The notes under the pieces: generated by a model
Told to the model about the DNA's origin: nothing
Database searches by the model: none
The model's input: the letters and a program-made list of their open reading frames with translations, nothing else
Shown here: positions 10,634-21,799 of the stretch, in pieces
Layout of the letters: the number at the start of each line of letters is the position of its first letter
Numbering within the stretch: position 1 is the stretch's first letter
Assembly (NCBI GenBank): GCA_903932145.1
Contig: CAIZFE010000051.1
Span: 4,173-68,172 of the forward strand
Length of the DNA stretch: 64,000 nucleotides
DNA from: an uncultured Rhodopila sp.
GTDB taxonomy: Bacteria; Pseudomonadota; Alphaproteobacteria; Acetobacterales; Acetobacteraceae
Reading direction: 5' to 3'
Made by a program: the position numbers and the translations under genes

Positions 10634-11821
10634 ATGATCACGCAATTCGACAGCACGTATGCCGGCCATATCGATCTTGAAAACGTTGGCTACGCCGGCA
10701 CACCGGTCAACGACCGGCGCTACCCGAACGAGAAGCTGGCGACGGCACTGCAAAAGGCCGAAATCACCGCCAAAATGCTGGATGGCCTGGGCTACGGCAC
10801 ATTCTGGATGGCCGAACACCACTTCCAGCCGGAAGGCACCGAGTGCATCCCCAACGTCCTGCTGATGGCGTTGCACCTGACCCATCTGACGAAAAACATC
10901 AAACTGGGCTGTGGCTTCAACATCACCCCGATGTGGCATCCTTTGCGCCTCGCCGAGGACTACGCCATGGCCGACATCCTGTCGCACGGCCGCGTGGTGT
11001 TCGGCGTCGGCCGCGGCTATCACACGCGTGAGGTCGAAACGTTCGGCTCGCCGTTGCTGGACCAGCATGCCAACCGGGAACTGTTCGAGGAACAGGTCGA
11101 TATCATCTTCAAGGCTTTTAACAACGAGTCGTTCTCGCACAAAGGCAAGCACTACACCTTGCCGCCGGAAGTGCCGTATCGCGGCTACACCTTGAAGGAC
11201 CTGACGCTGGTGCCGCGGCCGGCGCGCCTGCCGGTGGAATGCTGGCAGCCGATCCAGGGCGGATCGCAGCGGGCGCTCGACTTTATGGCGAAGCACGGCA
11301 TTCAGGGTGTCATCGGTGGCGGATCAGCCGAAGGCGGCATCGTCCACAAGGTGATGGTGGATTTCCAGGCCGCCCACGCCCGCATCGGCAAAGAGGTCGC
11401 CCTGGGCGAACGCCTTGCCATCGGCTTCCAGTTCTTCATTGCCAAAAGCAAGGAGGAAGGCATGCGCGAGGCCGGCAAATACTACGAGGAGAACATGAAG
11501 ATGTTCGGCGAACTGCGCCTGGTGCAGGCCCTGACCGACGCCCAGATCGAGGCGATGCGCGACCCGAAACTGGCGGTCAACACCAAGCTGCCGCGGATCG
11601 AGGATGCGGTGAAAGCCGGCGGTTTCCTGACCGGCACCCCGGCCGACATCATCGAAAGCCTGAAGAAGATCGAGGCGATGTATCCCGGCCTGTCTCGCGT
11701 CACCGTTACCCTGCCGCTGGGCACGCCATTGGCCGTGTGGCTGGAGCAGGTCGAACGGTTCGCCAGGGAAGTGATGCCGGCGTTCGGTGCGGGTCCGAAA
11801 CTGGAACTCGCCGCGAACTGA
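10634..11821 (+). CDS. LLM-class (luciferase-like) flavin-dependent monooxygenase
   Basis: 395 aa. TIM-barrel LLM motifs (FWMAEHHF, GRVVFGVGRGY). Strong RBS GGGAGGG 7 nt upstream. Confidence 0.85.
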   Translation: MITQFDSTYAGHIDLENVGYAGTPVNDRRYPNEKLATALQKAEITAKMLDGLGYGTFWMAEHHFQPEGTECIPNVLLMALHLTHLTKNIKLGCGFNITPMWHPLRLAEDYAMADILSHGRVVFGVGRGYHTREVETFGSPLLDQHANRELFEEQVDIIFKAFNNESFSHKGKHYTLPPEVPYRGYTLKDLTLVPRPARLPVECWQPIQGGSQRALDFMAKHGIQGVIGGGSAEGGIVHKVMVDFQAAHARIGKEVALGERLAIGFQFFIAKSKEEGMREAGKYYEENMKMFGELRLVQALTDAQIEAMRDPKLAVNTKLPRIEDAVKAGGFLTGTPADIIESLKKIEAMYPGLSRVTVTLPLGTPLAVWLEQVERFAREVMPAFGAGPKLELAAN

Positions 11822-11884
11822 ACGATCCGATGGCGGCCGAAACATACCGGCCGCCATCGCGTGTCTGCTCCCGCCGAAAAACGA

Positions 11885-12487
11885 TTAGTCGATTGGCATG
11901 TAGCGCCAGACGCTGGCGGGCGGAAAGTTGAACGGCGTCCAGGCTTTTTTTTTCGGATTCAAACCAAGCTTGCTGCCGGACAGCGGTGACGTGATGCAAT
12001 AGCTGAATTGCAGGAACCCGCGTCCCGGCGCGACGGTTTCCATCGCGCCGGTAAACAGCTTCTGGTCAGCCAACGGCAGCAGCACCAGCGGGATGCCGCA
12101 TATGACGCTGCCGATACGGCCCCGGAAACGCTCCGGCAGCAACTCTTGCAGCCTTTTGGCATCGCCTTCGATCACCGTCACACCGGGTAATGTCGCGCGC
12201 AGGTAGGGCACCATGTCGCCGTCGACTTCCACGACGACCAAACGCTCCGGCGCCAAACCGGCATCCAGGAATGCGCGCGTGATAACGCCGGTTCCGGCAC
12301 CCAGCTCCAGCACCGCCGTGCCGTCTTCCGGCCAGCCATGCTTCACCAGTCGCGAGCACAGCGCCTTGGAGGACGGAACGATCGAGCCCATCCGCAACGG
12401 GTGCGCCAGCCAGCGGCGCAGAAACAGTATGGCGCCCTCGATGGCTTGGGTGGGCTTCGGCTGGACGGCAGTCATGGTTCCGGTCAT
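11885..12487 (-). CDS. Class I SAM-dependent methyltransferase, phospholipid N-methyltransferase (PmtA)-like
   Basis: SIVPSS motif and VLELGAGTG SAM-binding motif. Start chosen at ATG 12487 with GGAG RBS. ORF-track 12601 start lacks support. Confidence 0.6.
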   Translation of the reverse strand: MTGTMTAVQPKPTQAIEGAILFLRRWLAHPLRMGSIVPSSKALCSRLVKHGWPEDGTAVLELGAGTGVITRAFLDAGLAPERLVVVEVDGDMVPYLRATLPGVTVIEGDAKRLQELLPERFRGRIGSVICGIPLVLLPLADQKLFTGAMETVAPGRGFLQFSYCITSPLSGSKLGLNPKKKAWTPFNFPPASVWRYMPID

Positions 12488-12711
12488 GGAGTCTCCAGCG
12501 CCGGGTTCCGCGACAGCAAAACCGGGCCGATTGGGGTAACGAGCAAATCGCCAGGGCGTATCGCCATCCGTTCGACAAAGTAGCATGGCATCCACCGGCA
12601 ATAGCGCGCGTGCGATGACGTTCCGATGTCAGATATGTGAAGTAAAAATGTCGGACGCACGTCAACGCGATAGGTGTTGACCCGGTTCGGCAGTGCTTTA
12701 TGTCAAGGATC

Positions 12712-13101
12712 ATGCCTATGGTTAATCGCTGGCTCCGGCTTGCCGGGGTGAGTTTAGTGCTGGCGATGCCGGTTCGCGCCGCCACGCCTCCCGTACCGCT
12801 GACGGTGGTCATGGTGGACGACCGCTTCGAACCGGACCGCATCGTGCTGCACGCGGGCCAGACCTACGCGCTGCACCTGGAAAATCACGGCAAGGATATG
12901 CACGAATTCACCGCGCCCGCATTTCTGAAGGCCGCGACGATCCCGGACAAACATCTGCTGTCGAATGGCGGCACCGATATCGTCGTGCAGCCAGGCAAGT
13001 CGGCGACCATTGTTCTGATCGCTCCCGGCAAGGGGGAATACGGGCTGGTGTGTGCCGATCATGACTGGGACGGCATGACCGGCACGATCATCGTCGATTA
13101 A
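12712..13101 (+). CDS. Cupredoxin (plastocyanin/azurin-like type-1 copper protein), secreted
   Basis: Signal peptide then H...C-x2-H-x4-M copper ligands (HEF; CADHDWDGM). AAGGA RBS before ATG 12712. Alternative start 12700. Confidence 0.7.
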   Translation: MPMVNRWLRLAGVSLVLAMPVRAATPPVPLTVVMVDDRFEPDRIVLHAGQTYALHLENHGKDMHEFTAPAFLKAATIPDKHLLSNGGTDIVVQPGKSATIVLIAPGKGEYGLVCADHDWDGMTGTIIVD

Positions 13102-13967
13102 ATCGCCAGGTCAGCCCACTTCGCCTCAAACCGGTGCACCTCCGGAAAGCCCATCAGCGCATTCATCTCGGAGAACGGCAGTTGCGCCGGACCGCCGATG
13201 CTGGTCCCGGCGCGTTGCAGGTGGGCGTATCCCTGCCGCAGGGCGTTCGCGGCCGTCAGGAAGCCGGTGCCGGGAAACAGAGCAATCTTGAAGCCCATGG
13301 TTTCCAGTTCGCCTGCCGACAGGAACGGCGAGCGGCCGCCTTCCACCATGTTCGCCAGCAGCACGGCACCGCGGAAGGTTTCGGCGATGCGGCGCATTTC
13401 CTCGGGTGATTCGGGACTTTCGACGAACAGGACATCGGCGCCGGCATTCAGGAATCCCTCGGCGCGGCGTAACGCGTCATCCAGGCCCTCGGAATAGCGG
13501 GCGTCAGTGCGGGCGACGATCAGGAAATCCGGGTCCGGACGAGCCGCTACCGCGACCTGAATTTTGCGCACGGCATCGGTATAGGGGATGACCCGGCGAA
13601 ACTCGGTATGGCCGCATTTCTTCGGGATTTCCTGGTCTTCCAACTGGATACCGGCAGCCCCGGAGGCGGCGTAGGCGCGCACAGTGCGGTCCACGTTCAG
13701 CAGCCCGCCATAACCGGTGTCGCCGTCAGCGATAAACGGCACATCAATCGCAGCGGCGATGCACCGAACGCGGTCCAGCATTTCGGTCACGCTGGCCAGG
13801 CCTGCGTCGGGTACCCCCAGAGCCGAGGCGACCGCGCCATAGCCGGTCATATACAAGGCGGGGAACCCCAGACTGTTGGCGACCCGCGCGGAAATCCCGT
13901 CATAAACGCCCGGCAGCGTCAGAATACCGGGCCGGCCGAGAATGTCCCGGAAAGTCGTTTTGGTCAT
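13098..13967 (-). CDS. Isocitrate lyase/PEP mutase superfamily enzyme (2-methylisocitrate lyase / carboxyvinyl-carboxyphosphonate phosphorylmutase-like)
   Basis: 289 aa. Signature EDQ-x4-KKCGH (IQLEDQEIPKKCGH) and DGDTGYG motif. Lacks the EDK-x5-NS motif of true PEP mutase. Confidence 0.8.
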   Translation of the reverse strand: MTKTTFRDILGRPGILTLPGVYDGISARVANSLGFPALYMTGYGAVASALGVPDAGLASVTEMLDRVRCIAAAIDVPFIADGDTGYGGLLNVDRTVRAYAASGAAGIQLEDQEIPKKCGHTEFRRVIPYTDAVRKIQVAVAARPDPDFLIVARTDARYSEGLDDALRRAEGFLNAGADVLFVESPESPEEMRRIAETFRGAVLLANMVEGGRSPFLSAGELETMGFKIALFPGTGFLTAANALRQGYAHLQRAGTSIGGPAQLPFSEMNALMGFPEVHRFEAKWADLAI

Positions 13968-13980
13968 TGTGCTGGTCCTT

Positions 13981-15225
13981 TTATCCGGGAATGCGCACCA
14001 TCATCGATGAGATCCCATGTACGAACGCGGAGAAAACCCGCTTCGGCTCTTCAACCACCTCGATGACCGGGAAGCGCTTCATGATTTCTTCCCACAGAAT
14101 CGTCAGTTGCAGTTCGGCCAGACGGTTTCCGACGCAGCGATGGATCCCGAATCCAAACGACAAATGCTGGCGCGGACGCGCTCGGTCGATGATAAACCGA
14201 TCCGGATTGTCGATGGCGTCGGGGTCGCGGTTGCCGGAAATGTACCACATCGCCAGCTTGTCCCCGGCCTTGATCGTTTTGCCGCCGAGTTCGTAGTCCT
14301 CCAGCGCGGTGCGCCGCATGTAGGACAGCGGGGTCTGCCAGCGAATGATCTCCGGCACCATGTTCGGAATCAGTCCGGGGTTATCCCGCAGCTTCTGATA
14401 CTGCTCCGGATGCTTGTTCAGCGCCCACAGGCCGCCACTGATGGAATTGCGGGTGGTGTCGTTGCCGCCGACGATCAGCAACACGCAGTTTCCCATGAAC
14501 TCCATCGGGTCCATATTCCGCGTTGCCTCGCCATGAGCCAGCATGGAGATCAGGTCGTTGCCGCCAGGGGCGTTCACGCGTTCGTTCCACAACCCCAGCA
14601 TGGCGCCGGCCATTTTCCTGAGTTCGTTGAACCGTTCTTCCTCGGTTTTCACCAGGGCGTTAGGGTCCTTGAAGTTGGTGGTGGCGACGTTCGACCAGTA
14701 GGTCAGGTCGCGGCGTTTTTCGAACGGGTAGTCAAACAAGGTGGCCAGCATCTGGGTTGTTAGTTCGACGGACACATGCTCGACCCAATCGAATGTTTCG
14801 TTTCGCGGCAGGGCGTCGAGGATCTTCGTCGCCCTTTCGCGGATCGTTCCGGCCATGGTGGCGAGGTTGCCGGGGGCGACGATCGGAGCCACGACAAGCC
14901 GCTGCACATCGTGCTTCGGCGGGTCCATGGCGATGAACATTGCCAGTTTGTACTGGGTTTCCTGATCCAACAGGGTGATGCCGGCCGCCGAGGAAAACAC
15001 CCGCGGATTGGTCTCCACCTTCATGATGTCTTTATATTTTGTTACCGACCAGTACGGTCCGAACTGACTGTCCGAGGTGTAATGAACGGGATCGTCGCGC
15101 CTGAGCCGAGCGAACCAGTCGGGCCAGACGTCGTCCTGGAATATACGGGCGTCGGACACGTCGATCTGATCCATTGGGGTGGTCCAAGGGTTGCCTAAGG
15201 CGTCGAGGTTGACCGGCGCGTTCAT
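13981..15225 (-). CDS. Cytochrome P450
   Basis: Heme-binding FGFGIHRCVGNRLA (FxxGxHxCxG). EXXR helix K present. Start set at ATG 15225 (MNAPVNL...) preceded by GGGAGG RBS. ORF-track extension to 15537 overlaps cinA and is rejected. Confidence 0.9.
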   Translation of the reverse strand: MNAPVNLDALGNPWTTPMDQIDVSDARIFQDDVWPDWFARLRRDDPVHYTSDSQFGPYWSVTKYKDIMKVETNPRVFSSAAGITLLDQETQYKLAMFIAMDPPKHDVQRLVVAPIVAPGNLATMAGTIRERATKILDALPRNETFDWVEHVSVELTTQMLATLFDYPFEKRRDLTYWSNVATTNFKDPNALVKTEEERFNELRKMAGAMLGLWNERVNAPGGNDLISMLAHGEATRNMDPMEFMGNCVLLIVGGNDTTRNSISGGLWALNKHPEQYQKLRDNPGLIPNMVPEIIRWQTPLSYMRRTALEDYELGGKTIKAGDKLAMWYISGNRDPDAIDNPDRFIIDRARPRQHLSFGFGIHRCVGNRLAELQLTILWEEIMKRFPVIEVVEEPKRVFSAFVHGISSMMVRIPG

Positions 15226-15373
15226 CGTATAGCCTCCCGTGGCTCTGTTGGTCCGCACGGTAGCGTCCGGCGGCCAATGGCGCAAACACCGTTTCGGGGC
15301 TGGCGGCCGGCCCGATGGACAGAAGCCGAACTCCGCGTCAGGGTCGGCGCGCCCCACCGATCCGGAGCCGTTG

Positions 15374-15859
15374 ATGCTGCCGTCTTCCACCCTGACCGAT
15401 GCCGAGGCCCTTCTTGCTGAATGCCGATCGAAAGGCATCAGGCTGGCGACCGCCGAGAGCTGCACCGGCGGGCTGATCGCCGCGGCGTTGACGGCCATCG
15501 CGGGGTCGTCCGACGTGCTGGACCGCGGTTTTGTCACCTACTCCAACCAGGCGAAGCACGAGATGGTCGGCGTGCCGATGCCGCTGATCGAAGCGCATGG
15601 CGCGGTCAGCGAGGAGGTCGCGCGGGCGATGGCCGAGGGGGCGCTGGCGCGTTCTCGGGCCGGTATTGCCGTGTCGGTGACCGGCGTGGCCGGGCCGGGT
15701 GGCGGCAGTGCCGATAAACCGGTAGGCTTGGTCTGCTTCGGGCTTGCGCGTGCCGGGGCGGCGGTTCTCTCTGAGCGGTATGTTTTTCCGGGTGATCGCA
15801 CGGCGATACGGGCGGCGGTGGTGGTTCATGCGTTCGCGATGATACGGGCGGCCCTGTAA
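15374..15859 (+). CDS. CinA C-terminal domain / nicotinamide-nucleotide amidohydrolase (PncC-like)
   Basis: Conserved ATAESCTGGL motif. About 160-aa CinA_C domain. Start at ATG 15374. Confidence 0.8.
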   Translation: MLPSSTLTDAEALLAECRSKGIRLATAESCTGGLIAAALTAIAGSSDVLDRGFVTYSNQAKHEMVGVPMPLIEAHGAVSEEVARAMAEGALARSRAGIAVSVTGVAGPGGGSADKPVGLVCFGLARAGAAVLSERYVFPGDRTAIRAAVVVHAFAMIRAAL

Positions 15860-15860
15860 A

Positions 15861-16130
15861 ATGTTAGAGGCATTTCGTACAATCGATCCGCTGACGGCCG
15901 TCGGTGTCGTTGTGGCGACCGCGGCGACCGACGCGGTTTATGTGATGTTCTCCTCCGCCGTCGCGGCGCGCAAGCGCGTGCCGGCGGCGACATGGAGCAG
16001 TGTTTGGTACTTGCTCTCGTCGTTCGCTGTGATCAGTTATACGCAGAACTGGGTTTATGTCGGGTTCGCTGCCGCCGGGTCGTGGTTGGGGGCTTTTGCC
16101 TCCATGACATTCCTGCGGGGGCGCCCATAG
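15861..16130 (+). CDS. Small hypothetical membrane protein (2-3 TM)
   Basis: 89-aa ORF starting 2 nt after the cinA stop. Hydrophobic helices. No family recognised. Confidence 0.35.
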   Translation: MLEAFRTIDPLTAVGVVVATAATDAVYVMFSSAVAARKRVPAATWSSVWYLLSSFAVISYTQNWVYVGFAAAGSWLGAFASMTFLRGRP

Positions 16131-16178
16131 CAGTCGGGGGCATACGTCCCCATCTTCGATGCAAAGGAGAACAGGCCT

Positions 16179-16460
16179 ATGAAAGCAACACTGAACGGAC
16201 AGACCATCGCACAGAGCGACGATATCGTGGAAAGCGGCGGCTACGCGTATTTTCCGCCGTCGGCCACGCACCTGGAATGGCTGGAGAAGGCCGCCAAAAC
16301 CGCATCCGATCACGCGTGCCCGCACGGCGTGCAGTTCTACGACGCGGTGCTCGATGGCCATCGGTATGAACGCGCGGCGTGGGTTTATGAACGTCCGCAG
16401 CCCAAGATGCTGGCGGTTGGCGGACGGTTCGGATTCTGGAAAGACGTGAAAGTCGCCTGA
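16179..16460 (+). CDS. DUF427 domain protein
   Basis: 93 aa with the DUF427 N-terminal pattern (NGQTIAQSDD..ESGGYAYFPP). Confidence 0.6.
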   Translation: MKATLNGQTIAQSDDIVESGGYAYFPPSATHLEWLEKAAKTASDHACPHGVQFYDAVLDGHRYERAAWVYERPQPKMLAVGGRFGFWKDVKVA

Positions 16461-16632
16461 CCCGGGGAACGCCGGGGCGCTCGAGTTGTTTGTCCCTGAA
16501 CGTGACCGTCATTGGGCGCGCGGGGCAGGCTTACCGAGGGCGGAATAGAACCGGGCAGTTCTTACGCAAGCCACCCCGCCGCGCCGCCGAACGGTAGCGA
16601 CCGCGTCGTGCACCTCCGGAAGGACATGTCCG

Positions 16633-17922
16633 ATGCGGAACTTGGTCCAATCGCGACGGGAGGCATTGCTGAGCGACGCTGCCGAGCAACCATCCGCCCG
16701 CTCATTGCGCGGTTTGGACGGTATCAACCTGCTGATGGCCGACGTGCGGGACGGAGTCGGTCCGTTCCTGTCGGTGTTCCTCAAGGGGTCGCAGCACTGG
16801 GATTCCGGAGCGATCGGGTTGGCTATGGGGGCCTCGTCCATCGCCGCGGCGATTTGCCAGATTCCGGCGGGATTGCTGGTGGATGGGACACGGGCAAAAC
16901 GGTTGCTGATTGTCGTGTCGGGACTGATGGTGGGCCTCGGCTGCCTGACCATTGTGGTGTTGCCCCATTTCTGGACGGTCATCGCGGCGCAGGCAGTTTT
17001 GGGATCGGCCTCTGCCGTGATACCTCCCGCCATCGCAGCGATGTCGCTCGGTCTTGTCGGGCGGCGTCTGCTGGACGCCCGGATCAGCCGCAATGAAAGC
17101 TTCAACCATGCGGGCAACCTGACCGCGGCCGTTCTGGCCGGCAGTCTGGGCCAGTATCTCGGCTACCATTGGATCTTCTACCTGGTCTGCGGCTTTGCCC
17201 TGGCCAGCGCGGCAATCGTCACCCTGGTAAACCCAAAAGAGATCGACCATGAGCGTGCCCGCGGCGGCGAAGATCCTTCCCACAACGGCAAGCCGATCCC
17301 GTTCGGCGAGGTGATGAAACGGCGGGATTTGCGGATATTCCTGGCCTCGGTGGTGCTGTTTCACTTCGGTAACGCGGCCATGCTGCCCATGGCTGGGCAA
17401 GTCCTGGCGCAGACCCATCCGGGCGAGGATACGCTTGCACTGTCCGCCTGCATCATCGCGGCGCAGTTCGTCATGGTGGGCGTCGCGTGGTGCGTTGGTC
17501 GGGCGTCAGCGCGGGGCATCGGCCGCAAGCCAATCTTCCTGATCGCGCTGGCCGTGCTGCCGGTACGCGGCATATTGTTCTCTTTCACCTCCAGCCCTTA
17601 CGCGGTCGTCGGCATTCAATTGCTTGATGGCGTGGCGGCGGGAATCTTTGGGGTGATCTCGGTGCTGATTGCGTCGGATCTGATGCGCGGCACCGGCCGG
17701 TTCAATCTGGCGCAGGGACTGACGGCTCTGGCCGTGGGCATCGGCGCCACCCTGAGCAACGCAACAGCCGGCTTTGTCGTGCAGTGGTTCGGATACGCGA
17801 GTGGTTTCCTTTACCTGGCATCAATTGCCGGGTGCGCGCTGGTCTTCTTTGTCGTGCTGATGCCGGAGACAAAAGACGCCGCCGAGGCACCCGCCCTGGC
17901 CGCCATTGGCGAGGCCGCGTGA
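16633..17922 (+). CDS. MFS transporter
   Basis: 429 aa, 12 predicted TM helices. MFS loop 2-3 motif-like region. Stop overlaps the next start (TGATG). Confidence 0.8.
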   Translation: MRNLVQSRREALLSDAAEQPSARSLRGLDGINLLMADVRDGVGPFLSVFLKGSQHWDSGAIGLAMGASSIAAAICQIPAGLLVDGTRAKRLLIVVSGLMVGLGCLTIVVLPHFWTVIAAQAVLGSASAVIPPAIAAMSLGLVGRRLLDARISRNESFNHAGNLTAAVLAGSLGQYLGYHWIFYLVCGFALASAAIVTLVNPKEIDHERARGGEDPSHNGKPIPFGEVMKRRDLRIFLASVVLFHFGNAAMLPMAGQVLAQTHPGEDTLALSACIIAAQFVMVGVAWCVGRASARGIGRKPIFLIALAVLPVRGILFSFTSSPYAVVGIQLLDGVAAGIFGVISVLIASDLMRGTGRFNLAQGLTALAVGIGATLSNATAGFVVQWFGYASGFLYLASIAGCALVFFVVLMPETKDAAEAPALAAIGEAA

Positions 17923-19187
17923 TGGGTGCGCTCGCTGCTTCCCCCTGGACGGTTTGGGGTATTGCCGCCGTCGCCACGGCCGGGGTGATCTTCCGGCCAT
18001 TCTTCTGGCCGGAGTTCATCTGGGCCATCGCCGGCGCACTGTTATTGCTGGTTCTAGGACTGCTGTCGCCGTCGGAGGCGCTGACCGGCGTGGCGAAAGG
18101 CACCGACGTCTATCTATTCCTGATCGGCATGATGCTGCTGTCCGAGTTGGCTCGCCAGGAGGGTCTGTTCGACTGGCTCGCGGCGAAGGCGGCCGGGCAT
18201 GCGAAGGGATCGGCGACGCGATTGTTTTCGCTGGTGTTCGCGGTTGGGACGATCGTGACGGTGTTCCTGTCCAATGACGCGACGGCGGTCGTCCTGACAC
18301 CCGCGGTCGCCGCGGTGGTAAAGGCGGCAAAAGCCAGGAGCCCGCTGCCGTACTTGTTCATCTGTGCGTTTATCGCGAACGCGGCCAGTTTCGTTCTGCC
18401 CATTTCGAATCCGGCGAACCTGGTTATTTACGGTAGCCACATGCCTCCGCTGTTGAAATGGCTGCCGACCTATGCGCTGCCCTCAGCGCTGTCGATTGCC
18501 GCGACCTATGCCGTGTTGCGCTGGAGCCAACGGGCCAGCTTGCGCGAACCGGTTGCGACCGGAATCGGCGTACCTGCGTTGACCGTTTGCGGAAAGCTCG
18601 CGGGTGTCGGCATCGCGGCGACGGCTGTGGTTCTGCTGACCTGTTCCGCGTTCAGTCTCCAGCTTGGCCTGCCGACCTTTCTGGCCGGTTTAGCAACCAT
18701 GCTGCTGGTGCTGACGCGATCCGAGCAGGGACCGCTAACGGTGGTCACGCACGTGTCGTGGGGGGTGCTGCCACTGGTCGCGGGGCTGTTCGTGCTGGTG
18801 GAGGCGCTGGAAAAGACCGGTGTCACCGACGACCTCGGCGCAGTGTTGCGCGGCCTGGAGCACTGGTCGGCAAACGGGGCGGCCTGGGTGTCAGGCGTGG
18901 CATTGGCGATCGGCTGCAATCTGGTCAATAACCTGCCCGCCGGACTTGTCGCGGGCCGGGTGGTCGAGATTGCTCGAGTTTCGGAGCATGTCCGATCGGC
19001 GATCTTGATCGGCGTCGATTTGGGGCCGAATTTGTCGGTAACGGGCTCACTTGCAACGATTCTGTGGCTGACGGCGCTGCGACGGGAAGGCTTGCGGGTC
19101 GGCGCTTGGGCGTTCCTGAAACTGGGTGTGCTGGTGATGCCCCCTGCCCTGGCGCTGGCTATCTTAGGCGTGTTCGCTTTCGGTTGA
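17922..19187 (+). CDS. ArsB/NhaD-superfamily permease (SLC13/CitMHS-like anion transporter)
   Basis: Start ATG 17922 overlaps the MFS stop by 1 nt, suggesting translational coupling. Multi-TM with ArsB/NhaD-like repeats. ORF-track 17784 start lies inside the MFS gene. Confidence 0.7.
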   Translation: MGALAASPWTVWGIAAVATAGVIFRPFFWPEFIWAIAGALLLLVLGLLSPSEALTGVAKGTDVYLFLIGMMLLSELARQEGLFDWLAAKAAGHAKGSATRLFSLVFAVGTIVTVFLSNDATAVVLTPAVAAVVKAAKARSPLPYLFICAFIANAASFVLPISNPANLVIYGSHMPPLLKWLPTYALPSALSIAATYAVLRWSQRASLREPVATGIGVPALTVCGKLAGVGIAATAVVLLTCSAFSLQLGLPTFLAGLATMLLVLTRSEQGPLTVVTHVSWGVLPLVAGLFVLVEALEKTGVTDDLGAVLRGLEHWSANGAAWVSGVALAIGCNLVNNLPAGLVAGRVVEIARVSEHVRSAILIGVDLGPNLSVTGSLATILWLTALRREGLRVGAWAFLKLGVLVMPPALALAILGVFAFG

Positions 19188-19261
19188 TGGCGGAGGGGCT
19201 TTCCCGAGTATCCGTGTCGTTCTGGTTCGCGATATCGGGGTAGGAACCCGCCCCTGAAATT

Positions 19262-19789
19262 CTAGCGGTTGTGGGGATCGATAGTCGTAGGCAGAGGACT
19301 AATCGTCCTGCGCTGAGAGAGGGACAGAGGCCGTTGAGGATGTGCTTCAATCTTTTTCAGGTGTAAGTCTGTGTGGCATCGGAAGTCGGTGGCTGTTGCG
19401 TCGAGGGTGCCGTCCGCGATGTGCCCGTTCAATACCGTCACGCCGGGAAAGCCACCGGTTGGGTTGGACCAAATTCCTGAGGCCCGAACGGTGCCGTCTT
19501 CGCCCACTGCGCCGTTCATTGGGGTCTTGGGGCTGAACAAGGGCATAGTCAGTTGACCATTGGCGACTCGGGCAGAAGTAACCCCGTGCAGCTTCGTGAT
19601 GCCACATGCCTCCGTCCTATCGGACTCGCGTGAGCCGGTATATTTGCCGTCGAAACGTGGCGAGGGGGTGGGATCGGTAGCGGAACAGGCTACCGGACTG
19701 AGCAACAATATCCAGGCCGCGAGCAGTTTCACTGGGCTACTTTTAGCTCGATGTGGTGGCAGGAACCACCCGTCCGGTATATCGTGCAT
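19262..19789 (-). CDS. Hypothetical secreted protein (signal peptide; no recognised family)
   Basis: Minus ORF with signal peptide KLLAAWILLLSPVACSA. Start trimmed to ATG 19789 so it does not overlap ffh. Low confidence: a plus-strand ORF 19560..19817 competes. Confidence 0.3.
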   Translation of the reverse strand: MHDIPDGWFLPPHRAKSSPVKLLAAWILLLSPVACSATDPTPSPRFDGKYTGSRESDRTEACGITKLHGVTSARVANGQLTMPLFSPKTPMNGAVGEDGTVRASGIWSNPTGGFPGVTVLNGHIADGTLDATATDFRCHTDLHLKKIEAHPQRPLSLSQRRTISPLPTTIDPHNR

Positions 19790-20043
19790 ATCAGTGACCC
19801 CTGGTGCCGCCCCTTGAACATGGGACGGAGAGGACGCCGTCCGATTTTCAACACTACCACTGAAGAGAGCGAAAAGGGTCAGACCCTGATTCACATCCTC
19901 AACCACGTTGACTCCCCCAGCCATCATCGCCATAAGCCCTCGATCCGGGCCATCATGGCTCCCGGTCCCCGCCTGACGCGGGGGCTCCGTCGCTCCGCGA
20001 GTGTTCGCGCAGCGGCGTAATAACGTATGGAGTATCGCCACCC

Positions 20044-21426
<1,383 letters not shown>

Positions 21427-21448
21427 ATTTACCAGGAGACTTAGTTAC

Positions 21449-21790
21449 ATGGGCCTAAAGATTCGCCTCGCCCGCGCCGGTGCCAAGAAGCGCCCTTACT
21501 ATCACATCGTGATCGCCGATAGCCGCAGCCCGCGCGACGGCCGCTTCATTGAGCGCGTTGGCGCCTACAACCCAATGCTGCCAGCCGATCACGCCGATCG
21601 CGTGAAGCTGATTGGTGAGCGCATTGAGCATTGGATCGGCAACGGCGCCATTGCGACCGAACGCGTCGCGAAGTTCCTCGGCAAGGCCGGTCTGGCCCCG
21701 ATGCCCGTCTGGAACGAGCAGCCGACCCAGTCTGCGCCGAAGAAGAAGGCTCAGGAACGCGCCAAGGCCGCCGCCGCGGCGGCCGTTTAA
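21449..21790 (+). CDS. rpsP: 30S ribosomal protein S16
   Basis: [35 protein letters not shown]... canonical S16, with Ala/Lys-rich C-terminal tail. Confidence 0.95.
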   Translation: MGLKIRLARAGAKKRPYYHIVIADSRSPRDGRFIERVGAYNPMLPADHADRVKLIGERIEHWIGNGAIATERVAKFLGKAGLAPMPVWNEQPTQSAPKKKAQERAKAAAAAAV

Positions 21791-21799
21791 TACAATCCG

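Noticed and set aside
13098-13967. Calling the ICL/PEPM-family gene a phosphoenolpyruvate mutase (phosphonate biosynthesis)
   Set aside because: It has the isocitrate-lyase-type KKCGH signature and lacks the EDKxxxxxNS motif of true Ppm. There is also no phosphonopyruvate decarboxylase nearby.
15225-15537. N-terminal 104-aa extension of the P450 ORF (and similar ORF-track extensions at 7755, 12601, 17784, 32876, 33579, 35443, 37968, 38233, 41575, 43380, 44213, 59502)
   Set aside because: The extensions overlap neighbouring genes and lack RBS. Internal ATGs with good RBS and canonical protein N-termini were chosen instead.
19560-19817. 85-aa plus-strand ORF in the ArsB-like/ffh spacer
   Set aside because: It competes with a minus-strand ORF that has a clear signal peptide. 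Neither is strongly supported; the plus ORF has no features.
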